A DNA stretch of 64,000 bases. Origin: Oopsacas minuta (lineage: Eukaryota; Animalia; Porifera). Below, in pieces: positions 53,201-64,000 of the stretch. A program made the translations under genes and the position numbers. Location: NCBI GenBank assembly GCA_024704765.1, contig JAKMXF010000299.1, positions 1,154,863 through 1,218,862 on the forward strand, given 5' to 3'. The notes beneath the pieces were generated by a model that did no database searches, was not told the origin of the DNA, and saw only the letters and a program-made list of their open reading frames with translations. Each line of letters starts with the position of its first letter. Within the stretch, counting starts at the first letter, position 1.

Positions 53201-53460
53201 TTACCATAGCCATAATATATTCATATTCTATTTCTTTTAATAAATCTCAGTTTAGTGTATATCTAGATTTCTGTATTACTGTATATGGTAATTAAGATTA
53301 CGTCATATATTGAAAACCTGATGTGATACAACAAATTGAAATCAACAAAAGGCTGCAATAGTCGACTTACTATACAGTAATAATGTATTTATTAGCCTAT
53401 TTCTAAAATTTGAACGCGTAAGACCCTAATACTAGTAATTCGCAATAATAGCCCACTGTA
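50265..53460 (+). mobile_element. Second RAG1-like (Transib/RAGL clade) transposon, 3196 bp, decayed
   Basis: Left end CACAGTGGGCTA...ATTAGG (50265-50291); right end reverse complement (T)ACAGTGGGCTA...ATTAGG (53425-53460). Terminal base altered; the left flank GTATG is not duplicated on the right. Confidence 0.85.
50951..53173 (+). pseudogene. RAG1-like transposase pseudogene (several frameshifts and stops) with C-terminal Cx2Cx3GHx3C knuckle
   Basis: KIKHGLDGSGSH, NSCFSNQPVALI, ASMFDGK...CIAC, AAPLHSYL, GGSGNTSTGNMAR, FPWVSISNTLHKFLAH, HSEEGLEQGHK and CSTCGQVGHQKNC. Confidence 0.9.
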
Positions 53461-56134
53461 CTGAAATAGTATATTATGATACACGATCGACGGGTTCTCT
53501 CATTGGAGAAATATGAAAATTTGTGGAATTTTTGACTGCATATCTGCACCAACATGGACCTAATATCACCATATCGCAAGAAAATTGACTATTATTTTTA
53601 GTAATCGGAAGCTGTTTCTGAGATGAAATATAGAAAATTTTTACAATCCAACTATGTTTTCTGCTGTTCGGATCACCGGTGTGTCGGATATTCGAGTTAC
53701 GCCAATCCGGAGTCTACTTTATTTTTATCAGAATAGATGATATGTTTTCTTGGTAATATGTAAGAAATAAAACGAAATTGAGGGAGCAGAGAGGTCGATC
53801 CAGAAAAACACTGTTTAAAGGAAAGTATAATTTAAAAGGTCGATATGTATCGAAATACACTCAGCTCGAGAGCGGCGTCGAACGAGGGGCCACTCGATTG
53901 GTGAAAATATAATTTGAGAAGTGAATGTTGTTACATTCCTAAACATAAACACATTTCCTACGTGCTATGGGAAATTCCCAAGTTTGATCAAGCGACTCAT
54001 CAAACTCCTGGAAATTTGGCCCTAAGTACGTATCTGGTAGGTAACAGATGATTCGATGAGGTTTGATATGGATAGTAGTTTATAAGCTGTTTACAAAATA
54101 TCTCTCGAGGTATTCGGGTGTACAGTATGGTGATGAACATTTTCAATATCCTTGATAAACAGCAAAATATTCCAAATTTCTGACATCATAAGTCACTATT
54201 GTTCTGAATATTTACAGAAGTAAGGACATATTAGCAGATTGCACTACACTAATAATCCGACAAATTGGTAGATGGTGGTGAAAGGGCTTGTTAACTTTTC
54301 TTGGAATTCCTCCAATAGGAGTATTATACTTCAATGTGGAACAATAAGACACGAAGGTATTTGTGGATGGGATATCATTATATACAAGATTCACAACACA
54401 GTAAGCTCAGTCTTGCGGACAAAGATTAGCTGGAGGACTACCTGATTAAAGAACTATATTTATGTTATATATAATGTATATACTTTAAAGGTTTATAGAG
54501 AGTTAGATAACCGTTGGATAACTCAAATATACTTTACCAGAGTATTTTGCGCTACCCATTTTCTGGAGAGCGCTCTCGCTCCTTGCTCCCCCTGAAAAAG
54601 GAACTGCGCTCCCACCTAAGCTCCTTACTCAGGAAAGGAGTGCACTCAGGCTCCCACTCAGGAAAAAATGGAGTCACTCTCTCACGCTCCTTTTCATTCT
54701 TTCAGATGTACATTAGATTTGCATTTTAAGTAATCAGGATTGAATATTTAACCATTATATAACCGAGAAATTACGAAATGTGCAACGTCCAACCTCTTTA
54801 ATCAATTAGGATTATGCATAAGTTCCTCAGCATCTCCTTTTTTGTCAAGAATATGGAATTTATGCAAAAAAGAATAACGATTAATTTGTAAATTGTTTGC
54901 AATTGTTATGAGTACGCTCCTTTGATGATTTTTACTTTACTAATCACCCAGACTATATATTTCGGTCATCTTTACGGAGTTGCTAATCGGACCTTTTAAT
55001 GTCCCTGAACAAATTATTTTGGACTCATCGAGAACAATCTTCCTCTTATAAATTAGATCATCGAAATATCATAAACCTCTCCCGAAGATATGTTCAGGTA
55101 GTTTGACTAATCATGCATTACCACATAATATGTACTTTCATCCGTCCTCAATTTTCGCTCACACGCTACGCTCCCTCAAATCAATGTTACCATGTAAACT
55201 CGCACATAGTAATATAGACACTGTTTAAGATGGTGCATTCAGGGGCGAGTTCAGCCTTCGTTTTTTGGGGGGGCTTTAGCCCCAGGCCTTGACATATAGG
55301 TCAGCGACGAAAACTGATTTTAAGATATGAGTTAACAATTGTTAACGATTATGTTACTCAAGCCTGCAACCAGTCGCTGAAGAGGATTCTTATCTAAGTA
55401 TGATTATAATTATGTAGTCTATCTATCGGACTCCGAAAATAAGGTTAGAATCATAAATGAGATTGAATCTCAACAAAATACCTATATATTGTTGTATTAC
55501 TTGTCACAAAATGTGCAAGATGATGCCAGCTATTTAAACAATCGCCTTAGCTGCAATCTGGTCTTCTAGTTTAGGTACAATTACACTAATGTACCTCTTT
55601 TTGGTGGTAACACATAGAAATAAATTATAATAAAATGCCGCCCGCCAGCATGTATAGATATGCATCGTCATATTTCGTTCATTATTGTCTAAGTGAACTA
55701 ATTATAATTATTTAATAAATATCTTAAATCGTTAATAAATTGAACAATATGATTGTGTTTACTTTATAGTTCAAGAACATTGAACAGTTAAGTGCTTTGA
55801 ATACAAAATTGCATAATATGCACATTACGTATGCATTTTGTGAGAATAATTTGCAAGATGGAAGAATCAACTGCCATAAGCATGAATAACTTCAATATCG
55901 AATATATACACTCCTATGGTCATTTCTCATGTATTTATTAGCAATATTTTAGTATAATGTCTAATACAATTTCTCCATAGGATTTGGCATAGTAAGGAAA
56001 TCTTTGTAACTTAGTCGGTTTTTATCCGATTTTGGTGTACTTGGTACATTAGTGTAATTGTACCCTAGTGTGTTTATTGGATACTATTTAGATATTTCCT
56101 TTCTTATATTTAGTTTTATCAATTATATTTATCA

Positions 56135-59100
56135 ATGGCTAATCTAAATTTTGATTATGAATATCATATGAGAGATACTAAGTTTTTGCGAAATGTATGT
56201 ATTTTAGCACACGTGGATCATGGAAAAACTACTTTTTCTGATTCACTCATCGCCAGTAATGGAATAATTTCTTCGCGGGACGTTGGCAAGGTACACTACC
56301 TTGATTTCCGTGAAGATGAGCAAGCAAAGCAAATTACTATGAAGAGTAGTTGCATAACATTATTATACTCGTCTCCTGATTTTCAGGATGAAGGCAAATG
56401 TTTTCTTATTAACTTAATTGATTCACCTGGCCATGTGGATTTTTCAGCGGAAGTTAAAACTGCGGTGGAGATCTCAGATGGTGCATTTCTTATTATTGAT
56501 GTAGTAGAGGGAATTTGTGCTCAAACCAGATCTGTAATGAAGCAAATATATCTGGAACAACTTTGTGCTTGCCTAGTAATCAATAAAATTGACAAGCTAA
56601 TTGTGAAATTGAAGTTAACTCCATTAGAGGCTTATTATCATATTTATCATTTAGTCGAACAAATCAATGCCTTGATGGCAGGTTTTATCACCTTTCATGA
56701 ATTTGAATCAGGAAAGGGTGACAAATCAGATGATTGCCATAAATTCTTTTTTTCTCCTATTAAAGGTAATGTAATTTTTGCATCTTCACTTGACGGTTGG
56801 GGCTTTAGCTTGGAATACTTCGCCCAATTCTTCGCTGACAAACTGGGCTATAGCAAAAAGATATTGGCTAAAACACTTTGGGGAGATTTTTACATTAGTA
56901 ACAAAGTTAAGCGTGTACTCCCTAATGCACAAGCTAAAGGTAAATGGCCACTCTTCGCCACTCTGATACTAGATACGATATGGTCTATCTATCAAATTGC
57001 CTTTCTTGAAAAAGATATATCTCGAGTTGATATTCTTGTTAGAAAACTAGGGCTTGTAGTACATTCAAGGGACCGAAAAACCTCAAATTTTAATAAGCGT
57101 TTACTGCAATCAATATTGACACAATGGTTACCGCTTTCAAAGGTAGCTCTAAACTTGGCCGTTTATCAAATGCCGGGGCCTCAAAATTTGTGTACCAAGA
57201 GGATTGAACGTTTATTAACTAATTTTCATTATCCAAGTTTTTCTAGCCTACCTATTGAAGTCCAATCACTAAAAGCTCATTTGCTAGCTTGTAGTCCGGA
57301 TAGTGATGTTCCTCAAATTGCTTACATCTCAAAAATGATGTATTTTTCATCTGGAAATACTTCTCCCTTGAATTTTACATCTAAAGATACATTCATTAAT
57401 AAGAGTGATGCTTTAATTACGAAAATAAATATTGGATCTGCTAAACCTGCTCATCACAGCACCAAAGATTATCTTGTTGATGTTCTTTCGGTCTCAAATC
57501 ATCTCATTGCAATTACTCGAGTTTTTAGTGGTACATTGTACAAGGGGCAGTATCTATATGTACTTCATCCTCATTACGATCCAGGAGACATAATCCTTGA
57601 TTCAAGTTCATATATAATACAGGATGAAATTAATAATGCTAAAGAGCTTCCTCCAAATGTTTCCACATTTCAAATTTTAAAGTTGTATATTTTGCTTGGT
57701 GGAGAACTAATTGAGGTCGAGTCTGTTCCTGCTGGGAATGTTTGCGGTGTTTCTGGTTTAGATAACATATTATTGAGGAATGGCACATTATCAAATACAT
57801 TATATTGTATTCCATTTACTCCAATATTTTATAATACTACCCCAATTTTGAAGGTTGCCTTAGAACCTGTAAGAATAACAGACCTTGATGCCCTGATAAA
57901 TGGCATAAATTTACTTGCTCAAGCTGATCCATGTGTTCAAACAGCAATAGAAGATTCTGGTGAACATGTAATTTATTGCGCCGGCGAAGTACATTTGCAG
58001 AAATGTATTGAAGATTTATCCAAGTATTTCGCCATTGGGATTGATTTTGATGTATCTGCACCTATTATTCCTTATCGAGAAACTATTGTCTCAAATATGG
58101 TTAATTATATTGAACCTATGGCCAAACTATCCAAAATGAAAAATTTAACAATCAATATTTCAGATAACATTTATAGTAACTGCACTCCTAACAAGCAATT
58201 TGAAATTGCACTGAGAGTATGCCCAATACCTTCTGCTATTGTTAGATTTTTGGATGCAAATACGAGATTATTGAAATTAATTAATTCTCTAAATACTCAA
58301 CGAGAAAATGCTCCATTTCACATGAATAATAATATTTATCAAGAATTGACAAATTTTAAATCTACATTGAATGAAATCTTCTTTTCTTCAGGTAATGAAT
58401 GGATCAATGCAGCAGATAAAATCTTGAGTTTTGGACCTAAGATGATTGGTCCGAATATTTTGTTGACCAATGTACCAGAAGATTCTAAAATTTCTATTTG
58501 GCCAAGTATCCGTGGCAATTATGAACACATACCTCTGTCTTTTGATTCAAGCATTATCCAAGGTTTTCAACTCGCAACATTACAAGGCCCACTTTGTCAT
58601 GAACCTCTTGTTGGTGTTTGCGTCATCATTGAAAGCTACAAATTCATTGGAAATAATAATTCAAGTTTTATGTCTCGTGAGGAAATTCTCCCTAAATCAG
58701 AATTAAATATTCCTCACCCTAGTAAATCAATCTATGGCCCTTTTTCTGGACAAATCATATCCACTGTGATTAAAACATGCAAGCAAGCGCTAGCTTCTCA
58801 ACCTGTTAGGTTAATGCTTGCAATGTTTTCTTGCTCTATTCAATGTTCTAATGATGTTCTCGGGAGTGTTATGGCAGTTATTAACCGTAGAGGCGGAAAA
58901 TGCTTTGATCAGAGTGTTCAAGTTGGCACGAATTTATTCTCAATTGAAACGTATATTCCTGTTGCCGAAAGTTTAGGTTTCTCAGATGAAATACGTAAAA
59001 AGACAAGTGGATTAGCTATTCCACAATTAGTATTTAGTCATTGGGAAGTATTGAATGACGACCCATTCTGGATTCCTACTACAGAGGAAGAATTACTTCA

Positions 59101-59230
59101 TTTTGGAGAAAAAGCCGATTCTGAGAATATCGCCAAAAAATATGTAGATAGCATTCGAAGAAGGAAAGGCCTGTTAGTAAAAACTAACATAGTTGAATCG
59201 GCTGAAAAGCAAAGGACAGTTAAAAAGTAG
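56135..59230 (+). CDS. EFL1: Elongation factor-like GTPase 1 (RIA1/EFTUD1), 60S maturation factor, intronless, 1031 aa
   Basis: G1 AHVDHGKTT, ITMKSSCI (EFL1-type), G3 DSPGHVDF, G4 NKID. C-terminal FWIPTTEEELLHFGEKADSENIAKKYVDSIRRRKGL...VESAEKQRT is typical of EFL1 rather than eEF2. Confidence 0.93.
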   Translation: MANLNFDYEYHMRDTKFLRNVCILAHVDHGKTTFSDSLIASNGIISSRDVGKVHYLDFREDEQAKQITMKSSCITLLYSSPDFQDEGKCFLINLIDSPGHVDFSAEVKTAVEISDGAFLIIDVVEGICAQTRSVMKQIYLEQLCACLVINKIDKLIVKLKLTPLEAYYHIYHLVEQINALMAGFITFHEFESGKGDKSDDCHKFFFSPIKGNVIFASSLDGWGFSLEYFAQFFADKLGYSKKILAKTLWGDFYISNKVKRVLPNAQAKGKWPLFATLILDTIWSIYQIAFLEKDISRVDILVRKLGLVVHSRDRKTSNFNKRLLQSILTQWLPLSKVALNLAVYQMPGPQNLCTKRIERLLTNFHYPSFSSLPIEVQSLKAHLLACSPDSDVPQIAYISKMMYFSSGNTSPLNFTSKDTFINKSDALITKINIGSAKPAHHSTKDYLVDVLSVSNHLIAITRVFSGTLYKGQYLYVLHPHYDPGDIILDSSSYIIQDEINNAKELPPNVSTFQILKLYILLGGELIEVESVPAGNVCGVSGLDNILLRNGTLSNTLYCIPFTPIFYNTTPILKVALEPVRITDLDALINGINLLAQADPCVQTAIEDSGEHVIYCAGEVHLQKCIEDLSKYFAIGIDFDVSAPIIPYRETIVSNMVNYIEPMAKLSKMKNLTINISDNIYSNCTPNKQFEIALRVCPIPSAIVRFLDANTRLLKLINSLNTQRENAPFHMNNNIYQELTNFKSTLNEIFFSSGNEWINAADKILSFGPKMIGPNILLTNVPEDSKISIWPSIRGNYEHIPLSFDSSIIQGFQLATLQGPLCHEPLVGVCVIIESYKFIGNNNSSFMSREEILPKSELNIPHPSKSIYGPFSGQIISTVIKTCKQALASQPVRLMLAMFSCSIQCSNDVLGSVMAVINRRGGKCFDQSVQVGTNLFSIETYIPVAESLGFSDEIRKKTSGLAIPQLVFSHWEVLNDDPFWIPTTEEELLHFGEKADSENIAKKYVDSIRRRKGLLVKTNIVESAEKQRTVKK

Positions 59231-61582
59231 ATCTATAAAGCTTATTAGGAAATTATATACTCGGTGAAACCGATTCCTTTCCTGCAGATTTCATAAATCT
59301 CCTCAATATATTCTACAAGGTACCAGTGTACACATCTTAAAAAGTCTCTTTCTGCACTGTGGAAATTTTTCTTCAGTTTTTTTGTTATGTATTTCACTGG
59401 TGCGATTTGAGTGAATTCTATAATTTATGGTTGCAGTTTTTTTGGCTGAAACGAATTTTCAAATCGTAACTATCGAATGTTTAACACGCTACTCGAGTCG
59501 CTGCCAAGCATTTTTACTTTTCTGGATAAAATGCTTAGGTTCCAGTTATTTTAGTGGCCTATTTGAGTTGTATAGCGTGTTTACCATAAGCCTTTTAGAG
59601 ATGGGGCACAAGTAAATATATGCAGCTTGTTTGATTTAAATCATTATTCAAATCTCCTTACAAATTCAAAAAAACTATTCATTTCGTGATTTTATTGGAA
59701 CAAATAACTATTTATTATGTTTTGTCAGTTGTTAGTGTCAGATATAGGATTGTAGGTCTTCCATTGAATTATAATATTTCATACTTGGCGCTATTAGATC
59801 GGCTGCTTGGGAGAGAATTTTGCAACATTTAGTTTTGTTCATTCCAAAGTGAGGAATAAGCCTGGAACGAATATAACAGGAAAACATCTATTTTTTATAA
59901 GCTGCTAAATACTCATTAATGGGTAAACCCTTCATTTTAGAGTGACGAATATTAAGGCTGTATTAACTTCAGGACGAGATTGGCTAATTCCGTGTTATTT
60001 TATTTATTCTCTTTTATCAAAATGTGGGTAACACATCGTTAATTAACAACAGAGTAAAACAATAAGGTTTAAATATTTTAATATAGATGGTAAATTGTAT
60101 TAATAAAAACTCATATATTTTTGAGTTTCCAACCCTGCTTATAAGTGGCAGGCTGACAGCTTATCTCGTAGTTCCTTTTGGGGACATAACTTAATGGTGA
60201 TGGACTGCTTACTAGTGCTTAGAGATGTTCATATCTGACTCATATTTCTAATATTTTGTGAACTTATAAAATTGTGAGGCTCCAAAATTTCCAAGGGTGC
60301 CACTACTCACATTGCATATTTCCTGGTTATTTGCTTATTCCAAGAATGTGTATACAATAGATACCATATATAACAAGCCAGGTAGCGTTCCATAGGGTGT
60401 GGCTTGGGGTACGGTTGAGCGTCCCGCCCTAGGCGACTCTTATAGAGTCTGAAGTACTCTCTTAAAGGCCTGAATATATTCAATGGTATTTATCAGCAGC
60501 GTAGAAATTGGAGGAGCCGCTCGCCATAGTGAATTTTGATATGTATCATAAAAATATTTTTATCGATGTTTGCATATCTATCATATATGGTGATTTTGAA
60601 TTATTGGGGTAGTTATTCTCAGGATCATAGGGTCCTGAAAGTACAATCCCAAGATCCTAGTATCCTAACATTATTTCTGGGACCCTAGAGTCCTAGTCTA
60701 AATATTTGCTCCAGGACTATATACTTGCTTATGGATATTTAACTTAATATTTCTACTATTAAACAGAATTTGTTTTCTCTATAATCCAATCAAGCACTAT
60801 ACCAGTTATACAGATAATGTACTGAAATGCTCTTATCCTGCGGTAATGTAAATGAAAGAAACTAATCAAAATATAAATACACTAATCTGATAAAATAAGT
60901 TTCAAAAATACTCTAAATATCGGGTCCTAGATATAATTTTCCTGTATATCGGTCATATATGATGATATTTTCAATTTTTGAATAACTTTAATTTAATCAA
61001 TGTTGGCTAGGAATGTGAAATTGAAATTGAAAGTTTAGTCATTTTCAATTAATATCCAAAATGAAATTGGTGTTTTTCTATTTATAGTAAAACCCCAGCC
61101 ATCCTTGGGTTTTAATTATTGATCCGGTGATAATGGAGCCCACTAACTTGTCATTTTAGTACAGTAGAATTCGGATAAGATATGCCTAGGGTTGACAGAT
61201 TTGGAATTGATGAAAACCGGACACATCGATTTGCATATTATAATGCAGTACAAACTCCATTAATGCAAAGCCTGATCTTTAATGCGGAAATTTATCATCT
61301 ATGGTGAATGCTGTATTTATATTCGGCCATACTAGACACGACCAGAAGTAGAAATGCTAGAGCAAAGGCTCAAAATAGTAGGTATAGGTGTATAAAGTTA
61401 AATGGGTGGTGATTACTTTGTCAGACATTTTTCGTTGAGTTGAATAGTAAATTGTCTAGTATTGAACTGGAAGAAATTAGTTATATTTAAAAGATTAAAC
61501 AGTAGACTCCGCTTAATAAACATCGGGGCCCAAGGCATTCTGACTCGATTAACTGGGGGTAATTTTACACTGCGTATTACTA

Positions 61583-62912
61583 CGGGCGTTCAATAAGTAA
61601 TCGTTATTCCAAATTTTGTAAGTCGGAATATTTCGACCCAGATCAAACTGAATTTTCCAACAACAATCCATCTATTGTGAGTTCAATAATGCTAAGCATT
61701 TTTGATTCTGATGTCTCGTTCTAATATTGTACCTATTTACATTTCGACAGTTTATTATAGTAACATTTTAATGGCTTCAAAGAGTACAGATTTCAAAATT
61801 GAGCAGAGAGCATATGTGAAGATCAGAACACTGCTGAAAGTTTCACCTACAGATGTCCACAAAGATTTTGAGTAAGTTTATAAGGATACAGCACTTCTAT
61901 ATTCCACTGTTGTTGATTGGGCTAGACGCTTTCGTGAAGGTAGAGTGCCCATTGAAGATGGGGCAAGAATAGGGAGACCAGTTTCCAGCGCCAGTGACAA
62001 AATATCATTGAGGTATTCCTGTTACTTGAAGAAGACCCTCATATCACGCTTGTGGAGATAGCTGATGCAGTTGGGATCTCAACGGGAACTGCTCAAGCTA
62101 TTGTACATGATAATATGAAATTCCGAAAGATCTGTGCTCGATTGGTGCCGCATTTACTAACTCAGGCCCAGAAAGCAAAGAGGATCCAATGCGCTACTAA
62201 ATTGCTCTCTGAGTTTGATCGAGCTGATTCGAAGGTTATTTGAGATAGTAACATGTGATGAAACTTGGGGTCGTTATTCTGAGCCTTTATCAAAAGAAGC
62301 AAACAAGGTATGGGTGGCAAAAGGACAGGACCCACCAATGATCCCTCGACATGACTATCGGGACCCGAAGGTTATGTACTGTATATTTTTTTTCTAATGG
62401 TCCAGTTTGCCAGATTTGTGTCCCCAAATATCAAACAATAACAGGCTCCTTCTACACCAAACCAATGAGTGTCTAACAGAGGTTGAATAATTATACCAAA
62501 ATCGACGGCCAAGGACTGGAACTCGTGGATTGCGAATATTGCATGATAACGCCCGACCGCACAAGACAAAGCTGGTTAGATAAAAGTTGGAAGCTATGAA
62601 GATTATGGAGCTGGGTCACCTCCCTACTCGCCAGATCTAGCTCCCTGTGACTTTTGGTTGTTTCCAAAGCTAAAGAAACATCTATTAGGCAGGAAATTCG
62701 AGAGTCGAGCTCAGATAAGATCGGCAATTTTCCAGTATATGAAAGGTGTACCAACCGAAGACCACAAAAAAGTACTTTTCGATTGGATAAAAAGGCTGAA
62801 ATTGGTTTTACAGCACGAAGGGGAATACTTTGAGAAACTCCATCACTGATACACAATTATGCTAGAAAGATTTAGAATTACAATGTGATAACGACTACTT
62901 ATTGAACGCCCG
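61583..62912 (+). mobile_element. mariner (DD34D) element, full length, decayed
   Basis: TA|cgggcgttcaataagta ... tacttattgaacgcccg|TA. Motifs WARRFREGR, ARLVPHLLT, IVTCDETW, HDNARPH and YSPDLAPCDFWLFPKLK. Confidence 0.93.
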
Positions 62913-63057
62913 TAGTAGTATGCAGTGGTGTACCGTGACAAATTTGAGTGAGGAGGGGGGGGGGTAGTGGCTAAACCCGGCTAAGGACAGTATTTACTAT
63001 AAATTATAACACATGACCAAAGCCTACTAGACTATATATGAGGCCTGACTATATATA

Positions 63058-63773
63058 TGTTGCAGTGTAAATGCGAGTTTGGTATGATTGCAATCACACC
63101 AACTACCTGGTGTACTTGCAGTCGCACTGGTGTATCCGCAATCAGACCAACCTATTGGTGTAAGTGCGAGCTGTGAATAGAATCAATATAAGTATATTGC
63201 GTATTCATTGTTTTCCGTAGCTCATTTTATAGAATGAAAGTCACTATAGATGATATCATTGACATGGCTAGTTTGATGTTTATCAAACACAGTTTACGCA
63301 AGTATAGATGATTATTTCCCAATTTCTAATTTTGATACCTGGATGACATTTTGATATATCCAAGTATAAATACTCAATTCTCCGAATAATCTTTTGGGAA
63401 ATAATTATATTTTGAAGCTTTAAAGATGTTTAACCCAGGGACTCAATCTAGAAATAATCATTCTGAACTTCAATCTAATCACTTTAGAATTTTTGTAATT
63501 CCATTATGATAGTAATATGCGTAGGATGATTGTTAGTATATTGTTAGTACCTTAGCCTAATTATCCCAATTTAGGATTACTCATATTCCATATAGCAGAG
63601 ATCTGTAATAAAATATACCCAATATTAATTCTATTCGCAGCTCGCACTTACACCAATAGGTTGGTGTGATTGCGAGTACACCAGTGCGATTGCAAGTACA
63701 CTAGGTAGTTGGTGTGATTGCGGGTACACTCGTGTGATTGCAATCACACCAAACTCGCATTTACACTGCAACA
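63058..63773. mobile_element. MITE with TGT...ACA termini, about 140-160-bp TIRs with internal repeats (Ginger-like)
   Basis: tata|TGTTGCAGTGTAAATGCGAGTTTGG ... CCAAACTCGCATTTACACTGCAACA|tata. The arms carry repeated gtgtac..gcaatcacacc units; the right arm has one extra unit. Confidence 0.7.
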
Positions 63774-64000
63774 TATATATATATATGTACCGAACTGTCC
63801 GTATCCTGGTACAACCACTGTGTTATATCGATTTTTTAACACGGTATTTATATATTATATCATCATACCTTTATTTTTCTCAGTACTTGTAAATATAGTA
63901 TAAAATAACATACAGTCAAGTTTGTCTATAACGGTCACTGAAGGGACTGGCCAAAAGTGCCGTACGGGTGGCGGAATAGAGAGGTTGACCGTTATATACT

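Noticed and set aside
54560-54700. Short repeated gctcc/actcagg units as a possible CRISPR or regular array
   Set aside because: Irregular spacing, no constant repeat/spacer structure and eukaryotic context; probably transposon subterminal repeats.
59230-59420. About 70-codon stop-free minus-strand frame convergent with EFL1
   Set aside because: No start codon, no clear splice context and no recognisable homology.

Overview
AT-rich eukaryotic genomic DNA, probably from an animal. It holds two ribosome-biogenesis genes in a dense field of nested DNA transposons. (1) WDR3/UTP12 is split into three phase-compatible exons (2004-4060, 19442-19627, 39293-39599) by transposon-filled introns of about 15.4 and 19.7 kb. 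(2) EFL1/RIA1 is an intronless 1031-aa ORF at 56135-59230. Transposons include several hAT elements (Buster-, SPIN/GTF2IRD2- and ZMYM1-like), two Tc1, one mariner, one Tigger/pogo, two Chapaev3-type elements and several MITE/foldback elements. The main discovery is a pair of divergent RAG1-like (Transib/RAGL clade) transposons, neither with room for a RAG2 gene. Element 1 (24468-27579) is intact: uninterrupted 710-aa ORF, complete DDE triad and zinc ligands, an NBD-like region, perfect CACAGTG heptamers at both ends and a perfect 5-bp TSD (CTTTA). Element 2 (50265-53460) is decayed but carries a C-terminal Cx2Cx3GHx3C knuckle. In both elements an AWTAGG motif lies 14 nt from the heptamer at the left end and 23 nt from it at the right end. 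This conserved asymmetric end architecture recalls the 12/23 RSS rule. All calls were made by eye, without database searches.
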